A stretch of 64,000 bases of DNA from Thermodesulfobacteriota bacterium (lineage in GTDB: Bacteria > Desulfobacterota > Binatia > Bin18): assembly GCA_964291405.2 (NCBI GenBank), contig OZ219926.1, positions 704,001 through 768,000 of the forward strand. The letters run 5' to 3'. The first letter of the stretch is position 1, and every line of letters begins with the position of its first letter. Of the stretch, positions 38,013 to 49,200 are shown piece after piece. The notes under the pieces were generated by a model. The model was given only the letters and a program-made list of their open reading frames with translations, had not been told where the DNA came from and did not search any database. The position numbers and the translations under genes are program-made.

Positions 38013-39017
38013 TCAGCGAATATAAGGCATTACCTTGTTGGCAAACAGTTCGAGCGACTTGGCCACCTTTTCGTGTGCCAGGCCTGGGAAGTGCCACAGG
38101 CCCCACACCTCGTGGATGTCGGGATAATCTGCCTTGAGCTTGTTCACGCGTTCGATCGCGTGCTCGGGCGTACCGACGATGTAGAGGTCGTCCGCCAGCA
38201 GATCATCTGCGTTGAGTTCGTCACCGATCACCTGGGTCACGCCGCGATCCTTCGAATTCTGAAACCATTTGTCGTAGACCTTCATCATGTTCTCGGCATA
38301 GGGTTTCAATTCAGCCCAGGTTTTCTCAGGATCCTCGGAAACGACGAAGTAGCGAAGGTGGCGCACGTCCCCAGGTCCCCAGCCGAGCTTCTTGCATTCC
38401 TCTGCGTAGAGCTTGGGGGACTCCATGCCTGGTCCTTGAGAGAGAATTCCGACGCGGTCTCTCGCCGCACGGCGCAGGCCAGCGGGCGCGCGGCCGCCAT
38501 AGAGGATCGGGATATCATGCGCGGGCGGCGGGTCCGGCGTGATGTTGGAGTATTGCCAGAATTCGCCGTCGTAGCTGAAGGTCTCACCCTGCCAGCACTT
38601 GCGAATGATGTCCGCGCCTTCGCTCAGGCGCCGTCCGCGCTCACTGGTCGAGATCCCCCAGCCGTCGTACTCGACCGCACGGTAGCCCTGCACGAGCCCG
38701 AGGCAGAAGCGCCCGCCGGACATCAAGTCGATGACGGCTGCTTCCTCTGCCACCAAAACGGGGTCGTGCAGCGGCAGGATGAGGTTCGGCCCGATCTCCA
38801 TACGTTTGGTGCGCGCTGCCAGCGCGGCGCAGACCGCCATAGGCGAGGTGCAATGGCCTTCGGGCTCAGTGAAATGATGCTCATAGACCCAGCAGCTGTC
38901 GAACCCCAACTCTTCGGCATACACAGCGAGATCGATTTCATCCTGATAGAGCTGTGACCAGGATTTGGTGCGGAACTGCTGTGGATACCTCATGTGGATC
39001 GAGAAACCTACTTTCAT
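38013..39017 (-). CDS. LLM-class flavin-dependent oxidoreductase
   Basis: AEELGFDSCWVYEHHF, LPLHDPVLVAEE, DLMSGGRF. Confidence 0.92.
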   Translation of the reverse strand: MKVGFSIHMRYPQQFRTKSWSQLYQDEIDLAVYAEELGFDSCWVYEHHFTEPEGHCTSPMAVCAALAARTKRMEIGPNLILPLHDPVLVAEEAAVIDLMSGGRFCLGLVQGYRAVEYDGWGISTSERGRRLSEGADIIRKCWQGETFSYDGEFWQYSNITPDPPPAHDIPILYGGRAPAGLRRAARDRVGILSQGPGMESPKLYAEECKKLGWGPGDVRHLRYFVVSEDPEKTWAELKPYAENMMKVYDKWFQNSKDRGVTQVIGDELNADDLLADDLYIVGTPEHAIERVNKLKADYPDIHEVWGLWHFPGLAHEKVAKSLELFANKVMPYIR

Positions 39018-39331
39018 GCGGTTCTCCGTTGACTGTCTATCCAATGCAGAATGGTGGGCAATTGCTCGAGTGACGGTGTGGGCGTAACCATGGCTTCGTT
39101 GTTGCTGTGGAGCGATATCTAGCGTACCAGTAGCCAGCCAATAAGCTGCACTATAACACTATACGAATGAAAAGCGCTATACTTTCATACTCCGAAATAG
39201 GCCACTGCGAACACCGCAGCCATTACGATAACGCCGATCCCGGTCATCCTCCTCGGCTGTCGCAAGACCACGGATGAACCGCCATCTTCGCGGTACGGTT
39301 TTCTAAGGACGACTCTCCCGCAGCACACCCG

Positions 39332-39742
39332 TCAGTCCGTCCGACGAATGACTTCCACCTCGATAGTGGACGAAGAGGCGGGCGTATGGGTCTCAAGGCG
39401 CCGCCGAATAGCGCGCTTCAGCGCGGCCCGAGTTGGGGGGAAGAGCAAACTGAAACCGACGATATCGGTCACAATCCCCGGTGTAATCAAGAGGAGTCCG
39501 GCCCCGAGAATAAGCGCAGCGTCGATCAACTCTCCGGTTGGGGCAATCCCGTTGTGGAGGTTTTCCTGCATCTGTCGCAACGTCCGCCAGCCTTCCAGCC
39601 GCGCCAGATACGCGCCAACAACCCCCGTGCCGACAACTAGGAGGATTGTCAGGCCGACTCCGAGGATACTGCCGACCTGAAGGAGCAGATACAATTCCGC
39701 GAGCGGAACAATGGTGAACAATACGAGGAGTCGAAAGAACAT
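39332..39742 (-). CDS. fxsA: FxsA family membrane protein
   Basis: VPLAELYLL...LLLITPGIVTDIVG. Confidence 0.9.
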   Translation of the reverse strand: MFFRLLVLFTIVPLAELYLLLQVGSILGVGLTILLVVGTGVVGAYLARLEGWRTLRQMQENLHNGIAPTGELIDAALILGAGLLLITPGIVTDIVGFSLLFPPTRAALKRAIRRRLETHTPASSSTIEVEVIRRTD

Positions 39743-39801
39743 GGCTTCCACAACATCGGGGCCAAGCCTGTCCGAGGCGACGAAAGGCAGTGACAGGATC
39801 G

Positions 39802-39987
39802 TTACCGCACGTCGCGTCTCAATCGATCAGGCAGAAGATTACGCATAAACGGCAGTCCGACCACGAGAACGGCTGCGCCGAGAACGAACCAGATTCCGTT
39901 ACGCCACACCAGTCCCATGACGATCATGGACACACCCCACAGGGCGATGAGAAGACAGAGGGCGGCTTGTAGGACAACAGGATTCAT
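39802..39987 (-). CDS. Small two-TM membrane protein
   Basis: AAGGAG SD; two hydrophobic helices. Confidence 0.65.
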   Translation of the reverse strand: MNPVVLQAALCLLIALWGVSMIVMGLVWRNGIWFVLGAAVLVVGLPFMRNLLPDRLRRDVR

Positions 39988-40033
39988 CAGCGTATCTCTC
40001 CTTGAAGAGATTCTCATTCGGCGCGCGCTGCCC

Positions 40034-40618
40034 TTAGGGGGCCTTCTGGGCCTGGTCGGCAGCCAGGGCGTCAACTCTATGGTCTACCAGGGCGTCGGCT
40101 CGCGCGAGCAGGGCTTCATCGTTGGTGAATTTCTCGACCATATAACTCAGGTCGCTGAGATCGTGAATCAGGAGCTTGACCGCCTGTTCACGGACCATCT
40201 GTTCGCGGACGACATGGAGCAGGTCAACGACCACGTCTTCTAGCTCGGAGCCTTCGACGTCTATGGCCATTTCAAAAGCACGCTCGACGGAAATCTCTTT
40301 TCCAGCCTCGCGGCTATAGGCGTTGAGGAGAGACCGGAGACGAACCACGGTTGACGGATCGAACCAGACCTTGCTGCTCTCTGCAACACTAGGGTCGTTT
40401 TCAACCACGCCTTCGACGAGGGCCAGCGCTCCAAGATGACTGGCTTCGTGACGCGCCATGCCAAACCAGAACTTGCGCAGTTCCTCCTGGCCTTCAAACA
40501 GGTGGGTGAACTGCATATAGAGGGCCATCGCCTTTTTCTCGAGATTGACCGCGGTACGGAGAATATCTCTCACCGTTGTCCGTTGCGGTCGCCGCCGCAG
40601 ATCCGCTCGCTCAGCCAT
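40034..40618 (-). CDS. Ferritin/rubrerythrin-like domain protein
   Basis: AVNLEKKAMALY, MARHEASH, AFEMAIDVE. Confidence 0.75.
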   Translation of the reverse strand: MAERADLRRRPQRTTVRDILRTAVNLEKKAMALYMQFTHLFEGQEELRKFWFGMARHEASHLGALALVEGVVENDPSVAESSKVWFDPSTVVRLRSLLNAYSREAGKEISVERAFEMAIDVEGSELEDVVVDLLHVVREQMVREQAVKLLIHDLSDLSYMVEKFTNDEALLARADALVDHRVDALAADQAQKAP

Positions 40619-40678
40619 ACACTTCTCTTAGCAAAATTGGGGTGGAGAAAAAACCGGGACGTGCAGGCTGGGGAGGCA

Positions 40679-41434
40679 TTACAGCACGACTTTCTGCTGC
40701 TTCAGCATCACGCCTTGTTCCGGGTCAAGGGTCACGACAGCCACACTCCCGCCGTCATCCACCCCCATATATAACGGGGCCGGCGTGCCGGGATAACACG
40801 ACGTTGTTACCCCCTGACTGAGGTCACTGAAAACATGCACATGGCCCATGGCCAGATAATCCAGGCCGGACTGTGCGATCTCTTCCGGTTCCACTGGCGA
40901 GGAGCGCTGTATCTCTTCCTCTTCGACGTAATAGCCGTGGGCCATACCGATATGCCACCAATCTCCTTGGCGATTCGGTACTCCGGCCAGGGGGCGGAAG
41001 GAGGGGTCATGATCGACCAGGCCCTTGCCCCACACGGTTGCCTGCAATTCCGGGAATTGGATTGTGCGGCCCGTCTCTTCCGTCAGGGTGTGGACGTGCG
41101 GTCCGGCCGCGGTAAAATCGACCTTTTTGTATATCGACCGATGGTCATAACAGTCGTGATTGCCAGGAATGAGGATAACCGGACAGGGCACACGCCGGAG
41201 TTCGGCATTGACAAATTCGACTCCGGATTCCGGCACCCGGTTTGAGTCAAACAGGTCGCCGGCAATGAGGAATAAATCGGCCGGCGTATCGCACACCAGG
41301 TCAACGACTCTTCGGAACGCGTCCTGAATACGGCTTCGATAGGCCTGGCCTGCCTCTCCACGGCCAAAGGTATCGCTCTCAAGATGAACATCAGAGGTAT
41401 GAATAATCGTCAGGCGTGATTGCGCCATGTACAC
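40679..41434 (-). CDS. Metallophosphoesterase (SbcD/Mre11-like)
   Basis: HTSDVHL, AGDLFD, PGNHD, AHG, YLAMGHVH. Confidence 0.9.
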   Translation of the reverse strand: MYMAQSRLTIIHTSDVHLESDTFGRGEAGQAYRSRIQDAFRRVVDLVCDTPADLFLIAGDLFDSNRVPESGVEFVNAELRRVPCPVILIPGNHDCYDHRSIYKKVDFTAAGPHVHTLTEETGRTIQFPELQATVWGKGLVDHDPSFRPLAGVPNRQGDWWHIGMAHGYYVEEEEIQRSSPVEPEEIAQSGLDYLAMGHVHVFSDLSQGVTTSCYPGTPAPLYMGVDDGGSVAVVTLDPEQGVMLKQQKVVL

Positions 41435-41447
41435 TCCTTTGGGCGGT

Positions 41448-41894
41448 CTAGGTCGAATCAGGATCAGCTTTCAAAGGCAGGAGCACCGTCGCACTCCCAA
41501 GCGTGAGCCGAGCCGCTTCCGCATCCTCAACCCAGATATCGCAGATGACATGGCCCGTCCCGGCTTCAATCCACTTCTTGGTCACCGTGCCTGTACACAC
41601 CAGACGCTCATTGACATAGGCAATATCGCGGTTGGCATACGATAGCTTCTTCAGCGTTCCTTGTTCACCAATCCACCCCGTCAATAATTGCGATAAAAAC
41701 GCCCCGCGCAGCGGACCGTGCACCACAATATCCCGATAGCCTTCGCCCTGGGTGAAATCCTTATCAAAGTGAATCCGCTGGGGGTTCCAGGTGATACTGC
41801 TATACAGGAACAGCAGGGTGTTTGACGGCGTCTTCTCCAGACTCGGCAGCGTCATCCCCTCGGTCACGTCTTCAAAATACAACTGTGTATCCAT
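41448..41894 (-). CDS. MaoC-like dehydratase
   Basis: YFEDV.EG, NPQRIHFD, IVVHGPL. Confidence 0.85.
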   Translation of the reverse strand: MDTQLYFEDVTEGMTLPSLEKTPSNTLLFLYSSITWNPQRIHFDKDFTQGEGYRDIVVHGPLRGAFLSQLLTGWIGEQGTLKKLSYANRDIAYVNERLVCTGTVTKKWIEAGTGHVICDIWVEDAEAARLTLGSATVLLPLKADPDST

Positions 41895-41915
41895 GACTCC
41901 CCGGCCCCGCACCTG

Positions 41916-42410
41916 TCAACGCAAAATAGACGACCCTTTTTCAACAACGACGACCTCATCGTTCTGGTTCGTATAGGTGGTCTCTCGCACCACGAAGATC
42001 AAGGGTCCAGATCTCCCTTCTTTCTGGTAAATGTCCACGATTTTACTGCGCGCGGTCAGGATATCGCCAACGCGCATGGGAACAAAAAACTCGATGTCCG
42101 TTCCGCCATCCATCAGGCGCGGAAGCGGGGTCGGAGGAATGGGGAAGCGCCCTTCGTAGGGCAGCCCGTCGGGACGGAGTTCGTCTTCGGGGACCGGGTC
42201 CGTCAGCGGGGCCATATAGAACAGGGGCGGCGCTATCAGCCCGCCATAGCGGCTCTGCTTCGCTCGCTCGGCATCCGTGTAGAGTGGGTTGCGGTCATCG
42301 GTTGCCACCGCAAAGCGTTTGACATCCAGTGCTGTGACCTCAATCGTCCAAGGCGGCGCCTGACGACCGATCCAGGCCCGAATTTCGTCCGTAATCAGCA
42401 ATTCTGCCAC
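41916..42410 (-). CDS. MaoC N-terminal-type dehydratase partner
   Basis: RFAVATDDRNPLY, IAPPLF, DGGTDIEF, YTNQNDE. Confidence 0.85.
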   Translation of the reverse strand: MAELLITDEIRAWIGRQAPPWTIEVTALDVKRFAVATDDRNPLYTDAERAKQSRYGGLIAPPLFYMAPLTDPVPEDELRPDGLPYEGRFPIPPTPLPRLMDGGTDIEFFVPMRVGDILTARSKIVDIYQKEGRSGPLIFVVRETTYTNQNDEVVVVEKGSSILR

Positions 42411-42559
42411 AATCTTCCTCGTCAGCGATCTGATAATTAGTCCCATCTCCCTACCAGTTGGCCGTTGGAACGGCAAGCGGGAACACCGCGCCCAGACTTC
42501 CTCAAGGAGGCTCTCCCTCCCGGCTTGAGATCATATTCGGGGGTCGGTACAGTCCGGGC

Positions 42560-43390
42560 ATGACTGACTTTGCGCATACATTTCTCCTCCTCTTCGGCCA
42601 ACTCGCCTTTGGCGGTATCTTTGCCCTGAGCGTACCGGGGTTCCATGAGATTGAACGTGGGTTTTTCAAGTCCACGGCCTGCGTCTATCTGGGGTGTGGT
42701 CTGATTATCTGCGTCGGCAAACTGTCCCTGGCCTACTCAGCACTTCCAGGCACGCTATGGAATACGCGGACCTTTGAAGGCAGTTTGTGGCTGCTGTTTT
42801 GTGTGCTGTGCGGACTGTACACCTATACGTTATGGGGAGAGCGCTTTGTCCTGCGTGCACGTGCCTACCTGTTCACCCTCCTCTCTGGGCTGATTGCTTT
42901 GAGTTTTAGCGCCAGCGTGTATCGGACGGTCCCGTTTTTTTCAGTCGAGACGCTTGTCTATCCGCTCAGTTTTCTGACCTCGGCCCTGATGCTGGGCGCG
43001 GTGGCAACCGGTATGTCCCTGGGGCACTGGTACCTCATCGAACTCGACCTCTCTCTCGACCCTTTTAAGCGCATCTTCAGGTTCTATGCCGGCACTATCG
43101 TCGTCCATCTCGCAACCCTGACGCTTGGCCTCGGCCTCCTTCTGCTCAGTAGCCATGCGGTCACAAGCACGAGCGTCCGGGAGCTGTGGACAGATCATCA
43201 GACTCTGCTCTGGATGCGGCTTGGCTTGGGACCGCTAGCCTCACTCGGTGTCGCCTATATGATCTGGCGGACACTTCAGATTCCGCAGACCATGGCGGCA
43301 ACCGGTCTTTTTTATGTCGCTATCCTGTCGGCTATTGTGGGTGAATTTTTGGGGCGTTTTGTACTGTTTCGGACAACCCTGCCGCTCTAA
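42560..43390 (+). CDS. Multi-pass membrane protein
   Basis: About 8 hydrophobic segments; LGHWYL and TMAATGLFY motifs; family not assigned. Confidence 0.75.
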   Translation: MTDFAHTFLLLFGQLAFGGIFALSVPGFHEIERGFFKSTACVYLGCGLIICVGKLSLAYSALPGTLWNTRTFEGSLWLLFCVLCGLYTYTLWGERFVLRARAYLFTLLSGLIALSFSASVYRTVPFFSVETLVYPLSFLTSALMLGAVATGMSLGHWYLIELDLSLDPFKRIFRFYAGTIVVHLATLTLGLGLLLLSSHAVTSTSVRELWTDHQTLLWMRLGLGPLASLGVAYMIWRTLQIPQTMAATGLFYVAILSAIVGEFLGRFVLFRTTLPL

Positions 43391-43416
43391 TGACCGTGCG
43401 CCTCAACAGATGAGGG

Positions 43417-43698
43417 CTAGTCGTAGATTTTCAGGGTCGATATGCGCAGCCCCTGCGAAGTCCAGCCAACGTCAAAGCCTACACGCATGCCCTCGGTCAG
43501 GAATCGAATGTCCAGACGCGGGGCCCCAATCAGCCGTAAAAACGGAAAGACAAAGGGAATTTCTTTCCCGGAATCGCTCAGGACGACACCGGTTTCATTG
43601 CCGGAAGAAATTTTATGGATCACTCCCCGGTAGAAACGATCCTGGGAGTGGTCCGAAGCGGGTTCGCCCTCCGGCTTTTGCGGTGTATCCTGTGCCAC
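43417..43698 (-). CDS. Cold-shock-like OB-fold protein
   Basis: YRGVI...GVVLSDSGKEIPF...LTEGMRVGFDV; lacks canonical GFGFI/VHFS. Confidence 0.6.
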   Translation of the reverse strand: MAQDTPQKPEGEPASDHSQDRFYRGVIHKISSGNETGVVLSDSGKEIPFVFPFLRLIGAPRLDIRFLTEGMRVGFDVGWTSQGLRISTLKIYD

Positions 43699-43724
43699 GG
43701 CTGGGCCATTTTTCCTGTTCGGCT

Positions 43725-45431
43725 CTACGCAAAGAGCATTTCGTGCATGGCGCTACCGGCCGGCACCATGGGGAACACCCCTTCGCTTTTTGGAATGACC
43801 ACTTCCACCAGAACGGGCCCCGCCTCCGCAAAGGCGGCCTGTAGCGTGGCGGACAGCTCGGACGATTTTTCTGCCCGAAACCCTTTGGCTCCATAGGCTT
43901 CGGCCAGTCTCACAAAGTCCGGCATGGCATCCATATAGGAGTGAGAGTAGCGCTCCTCGTAGAACTTCTCCTGCCACTGCCGGACCATACCCAGATAGTG
44001 GTTGTTCAGAATGATAACTTTGACCGGAACATTATATTGGACGGCAGCGGACAGTTCCTGAATGTTCATCTGAATACTGCCGTCACCGCTAATCACGACG
44101 ACCTGCCTGTCAGGAGCGGCAAAATGAGCGCCGATCCCGGCCGGCAAGCCGTAGCCCATGGTCCCCAATCCCCCCGACGTCAGCCATGAACGCGGCTGGG
44201 TGAACTTCATCATCTGAGCGGCCCACATCTGGTGTTGCCCCACATCGGTCACGACAATAGCCTCGCCTCCGGTTATCTGATTGATCTCTTCCAGCACGGC
44301 CCGGGGGAGAATTTCCCCATTTGCGCCCTGGGTCTGATAGGGAAGCGGCTTTTCCTGTTTCCAGGCCATGATGAGCTGACGCCATTCTCCCCATATCTTC
44401 TGGCGCGGCGCCAGTTGTTCGCGGGTTTTCACTTTTCCGAGCATGACCTGCAAGACTTCCTTGATATCACCCACAATGGGGACATCGACTTTGATGTTCT
44501 TACTGATCGAAGAGGGATCAATATCGATATGGACGATCTTCTCTGCTTTGGGGGCAAAGTCGCTCGTCCGGCCCGTGACTCGGTCATCAAACCGTGCTCC
44601 CACGGCAATAAGCGCGTCACAGTTCTGCACCGCCATATTGGTCCAATACCCGCCGTGCATACCCAACATACCCAGGCTCAACGGGTCATCGCTCGGATAC
44701 ACGCCCAAGGCCATGACCGTTGTAGTAATTGGAATCTTGAGACCGCGGACCAGTTCGATGAGCGGTTCGGACGCCCCGGACCACTGCACCCCGCCGCCCA
44801 CGTAGAAGAGCGGTCGTTCGGCCTGTTCTATGACTTCGAGTGCGCGTTCGATCTGTCGGATATTCCCCTTGAAGGTCGGCTTATAGCCGCGCATGCTCAC
44901 GGTTTCGGGATAGGAAAAGGGAGCTTCGGCGGTCTGCACGTCCTTGGGTAAATCAATCAGGACCGGTCCCGGTCGTCCGCTACCGGCAATGTGGAAGGCC
45001 TCTTTAATCGTCCGGGAGATGTCGTTGACGTCACGGATCAAATAATTGTGCTTCGTGCAGGGACGGGTGATACCGGTCACATCGGCTTCCTGAAAAGCAT
45101 CATTGCCGATCATATTGGTCGGCACCTGACCACAGATGACAACGAGAGGGGTCGAATCCATATAGGCATCCGCGATGCCGGTAACCGTATTCGTTGCCCC
45201 TGGTCCCGAAGTCACCAGCACGACCCCGGGACGACCGGACACGCGCGCATACCCCTCGGCCATATGGGCCGCGCCCTGTTCGTGTCGGACCAGGATGTGG
45301 CGCAAGGCCGTATTCTGAACCAGGGCGTCATAGGTCGGCAGGATGGCACCGCCAGGGTAACCAAAGATGGTATCCACGCCTTCAGCCAGCAGGCTTTCGA
45401 TTGTAATCTGTGCACCGGTCATTGTTGTCAT
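43725..45431 (-). CDS. ilvB: Acetolactate synthase large subunit
   Basis: FGYPGGAIL, RHEQGA, TSGPGATN, MLGMHG, VGQHQMW, GDGSIQMN. Confidence 0.96.
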   Translation of the reverse strand: MTTMTGAQITIESLLAEGVDTIFGYPGGAILPTYDALVQNTALRHILVRHEQGAAHMAEGYARVSGRPGVVLVTSGPGATNTVTGIADAYMDSTPLVVICGQVPTNMIGNDAFQEADVTGITRPCTKHNYLIRDVNDISRTIKEAFHIAGSGRPGPVLIDLPKDVQTAEAPFSYPETVSMRGYKPTFKGNIRQIERALEVIEQAERPLFYVGGGVQWSGASEPLIELVRGLKIPITTTVMALGVYPSDDPLSLGMLGMHGGYWTNMAVQNCDALIAVGARFDDRVTGRTSDFAPKAEKIVHIDIDPSSISKNIKVDVPIVGDIKEVLQVMLGKVKTREQLAPRQKIWGEWRQLIMAWKQEKPLPYQTQGANGEILPRAVLEEINQITGGEAIVVTDVGQHQMWAAQMMKFTQPRSWLTSGGLGTMGYGLPAGIGAHFAAPDRQVVVISGDGSIQMNIQELSAAVQYNVPVKVIILNNHYLGMVRQWQEKFYEERYSHSYMDAMPDFVRLAEAYGAKGFRAEKSSELSATLQAAFAEAGPVLVEVVIPKSEGVFPMVPAGSAMHEMLFA

Positions 45432-45463
45432 GATGTGCCTCTGCTCCAGTCTCTGGGCGGATA

Positions 45464-45547
45464 ATTATACGAGGGACAGGAAAAAACTCAAGGAACCACA
45501 AGCTCCTGAATATTCGCTTGACAGAATAACCCATTCTCCGCTATTTG
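45464..45547. promoter_or_regulatory. Divergent promoters for ilvB and lrp-like gene
   Basis: Minus TTGAGT-16-TATAAT (45464-45491); plus TTGACA-18-TATTTG (45518-45547). Confidence 0.5.
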
Positions 45548-45610
45548 TTAGCCCCTTGGCGTCCTTCGCCTCAATAAATTCGGCATGTGATCAAAGTGAA
45601 CAGGGCCCAT

Positions 45611-46150
45611 ATGGAACTCGACAGTATCGACCATTTGGATAGGCATATCCTCTCGGTTCTCCAGGAAAATTGCAAACTGCCACTGGTGAAAATTGGCGAA
45701 CGCGTGGGACTGTCGGCTCCATCCGTTATCGAACGGATTAAGAAATTGGAAGAGAGCGGGGTCATACGCGGGTATACCGCCGTTCTCGATGCCCGCAAGC
45801 TGGGGAAGGATACCACCGCTTTTATTGGCGTTTCCATTAATCATCCGAAGCTGATTACGCAGTTTGAAACGGCTATTGATGGTTTTGAAGACATTCAGGA
45901 ATGTCACCACGTGACTGGCGAATACACCCTCCTGCTGAAGGTCAAAGCCGATAACACCTCAGACCTTGAGGAGGTCATTCGTCAAATTCGCTCGCTTGAA
46001 GGGGTGGAACGGACGGAAACATCCGTGGTGTTGTCCACGCATACTGAAGGACTGTGGCTGAGGCTCCAGTCGGAGCAAAAGGCGGTCGTGGACGGCCGGC
46101 AGCAGGCAGTGGCAACTGCCCTCGCCCCGCGGGTGAGACGCGGGGCCTGA
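45611..46150 (+). CDS. Lrp/AsnC family transcriptional regulator
   Basis: VGLSAPSVIERIKKLEESGVIRGY HTH; ECHHVTGEYTLLLKV. Confidence 0.93.
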   Translation: MELDSIDHLDRHILSVLQENCKLPLVKIGERVGLSAPSVIERIKKLEESGVIRGYTAVLDARKLGKDTTAFIGVSINHPKLITQFETAIDGFEDIQECHHVTGEYTLLLKVKADNTSDLEEVIRQIRSLEGVERTETSVVLSTHTEGLWLRLQSEQKAVVDGRQQAVATALAPRVRRGA

Positions 46151-46203
46151 CAGCCCACGGAAGCAGGAATCTCTATACGGCACAGGGACAGGAAGGGGCG
46201 TAT

Positions 46204-49200
46204 ATGACACACGCCGGTATACCTCAGAAACAAGGACTCTACGATCCCAGCTTTGAACACGACGCCTGCGGTATTGGCTTTGTGGTCAACATCAAAGGTG
46301 AGCGTTCGCATCAAGTGGTCGAACAAGGTTTAACCGTTCTGGTCAATCTGGATCATCGTGGGGCGCGCGGCTGTGAAGAAGGCACGGGAGACGGAGCGGG
46401 CATGCTCCTCCAACTCCCCCATCGCTTCCTGAGTGCAGCCTGTCGGGCTCTGGATATCAGCCTGCCCGCTCCGGGTCAGTACGGGGTCGGTATGGTCTAC
46501 CTGCCACCCGATAGGGCTCAGCGACACGATTGCGAGCAGCGCCTGGAGACCATCGTCAGAGAAGAAGGCCAAGCGGTCTTGGGCTGGCGGGATGTCCCGA
46601 CAAACAATGCAGGCCTGGGGGAGACGGCCAAGGCGTGTGAACCGTGCATTCGGCAAGTTTTCATTGGTCGTAGTGCCGACGGTCTGGCGAATGATCTCGC
46701 CTTCGAGCGCAAGCTGTATGTAATCCGCCGTCGCGTGACGAACGCCATCCGTTACGGTGGAGTCACCGGTGGAGAATATTTCTATATCCCCAGCCTGTCG
46801 TACAAAACCCTGATCTATAAAGGTATGCTCACGCCGCAGCAGCTCGAAACCTTCTATCCGGACCTGTCCGACCCGAACCTGGAAGCGCTATTGCCGTGGT
46901 CCACTCACGCTTTAGCACCAACACCTTTCCGAGCTGGGAACGCTCCCACCCGTATCGCTACCTCATCCATAATGGCGAGATTAATACCCTGCGGGGGAAC
47001 GTCAACTGGATGCGAGCCCGGCAAGCATTAATGGCGTCAGAACTCTTTGGTGACGATCTGTCGAAAGTCTTTCCCGTCATCCTGGAAGACGGCAGTGATT
47101 CCGCCATCTTTGATAACTGCTTGGAATTCCTGGCGCTGAGCGGACGTTCGCTGCCCCATGCGATGATGATGATGATCCCCGAGCCGTGGGAGAATCATGC
47201 CAGCATGGCCGACGCAAAGCGGGCCTTTTATGAATATCACAGTTGTCTGATGGAGCCCTGGGATGGCCCTGCCTCCATTGCCTTCACGGACGGCACCCGC
47301 GTGGGGGCCGTCTTGGACCGGAACGGACTCCGTCCGTCTCGGTACTATGTCACCAAGGATGACCTCGTCATCATGGGTTCCGAGGTCGGTGCGCTCGAAG
47401 TCGAGCCAGAACGCGTCTTAGAGAAACGACGGCTCCAGCCGGGGCGGATGTTCCTGGTCGACACGGAGAAGGGCCGCATTATTAGTGACGAGGAGTTGAA
47501 ACAGGAAATCATTAGCGCCCAACCCTACCGTCAGTGGCTGAACGAACACACGGTGTATTTCGATCAGCTCCCGGATGTAGAAGAGGAGCAACCGGTATAC
47601 GATCATGAGGCTACGCTCCAGCGTCTGCGTGCGCTTGGATACAGCTTTGAGGATTTGAAGGTCAATATCGGGCCAATGGCGATGAATAAAATCCAGCCCA
47701 TCGGTTCCATGGGCACGGATACGCCGCTGGCCGTGTTGTCCGATAAGCCACAGCTTTTATACAATTATTTTAAGCAGCTCTTTGCCCAGGTGACCAATCC
47801 TCCCATCGACCCGATTCGAGAAGAACTCGTCACCTCAACAACGCTGACGCTGGGCTCAGAGGGCAATTTACTCGACCCCCGGCCGGATAATTGTCGCCAA
47901 ATCCGGCTGCCTATTCCGATTCTGAAGAATTCGGACCTCGAAAAGCTGCGGCGTATTGACCAACCGGGGCTCAAGGCCGTGACCTTGCCCATGCTCTTTA
48001 ACCCCAAGAACGGTAAAGACGGCCTGGAGCAGGCTTTGGACGAGCTCTGTCAGGCCGCAGATACCGCGATTGAGCACGGCGCAACGCTGCTGATCCTGTC
48101 AGATAGAGACGTGAATGCCGAACGCGCCGCGATTCCGGCTTTGCTGGCGGCGTCGGGCTTGCACCACCACCTGATTCGGGCCGGTAGCCGGACCCAGGTC
48201 GGACTCGTGCTCGAATCGGGTGAGCCGCGTGAGGTCCATCATTTCTGTGTGCTGCTCGGTTATGGCGTCCAGGCGATTAATCCCTATATGGTCTACGAGT
48301 GTCTGAACGACATGATCGGCGAGGGCATGCTGACGGGCATTGCCTATCATGACGCAGTGAGCAGCTATATCAAAGCCGCGGTCAAGGGTATCGTCAAAGT
48401 CATGTCCAAGATGGGCATTTCAACGATTAAATCGTACTGCGGCGCGCAGATTTTTGAAGCCATCGGTCTGGGTCGGGATCTGGTTGATCGATATTTTACC
48501 TGGACACCCTCCCGCGTAGGCGGCATTAGTCTGGCGGAACTCGCCCAAGAAGCGAGCCAACAACATGCCAGGGCCTTCCCGGCCATTCCGGTTCGTGGTG
48601 AGACGCTTGAGGTGTACGGTCAGTATCAGTTCCGCAAGGACGGCGAACTGCACCTCTTTAACCCGCGTACTATTCATCTGCTGCAAAAGGCTTGTCGCAT
48701 AAACGACTATGCCACCTTTAAGGAGTATACGCGGCTCATAGACGACCAATCAGAGCGGCTCGCTACGCTGCGCGGGCTGCTGGAATTGAAACCGGCGGCT
48801 GAGCCGATTCCGCTTGAGGACGTCGAGCCGATTGAGGCCATTACCACCCGCTTTAAGACCGGCGCCATGTCCTATGGCTCGATCAGTAAAGAGGCGCATG
48901 AAGCGCTGGCCATTGCCATGAACCGTATCGGAGGCAAAAGCAACACGGGAGAAGGCGGAGAAGATATTGCGCGCTATACGCCGGACCCCAATGGTGACTC
49001 GCGGAATAGCGCGATCAAGCAGGTCGCCTCGGGCCGTTTTGGCGTCACCAGCGAATATCTGACCCAGGCGCGTGAAATCCAGATCAAAATGGCCCAAGGG
49101 GCGAAGCCCGGAGAAGGCGGTGAGCTGCCCGGTCGGAAAGTCTATCCGTGGATTGCCAAGGTGCGGCTGTCCACCCCCGGCGTCGGACTGATTTCGCCGC

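Noticed and set aside
37554-38957. Long antisense ORFs (467 aa here; also 10849-12069, 23739-24803, 55485-56435)
   Set aside because: Shadow frames of well-supported genes in GC-rich DNA; no motifs
46054-47031. Separate 325-aa gene or programmed frameshift upstream of gltB
   Set aside because: It is the N-terminus of gltB; no slippery site, a one-base deletion explains it
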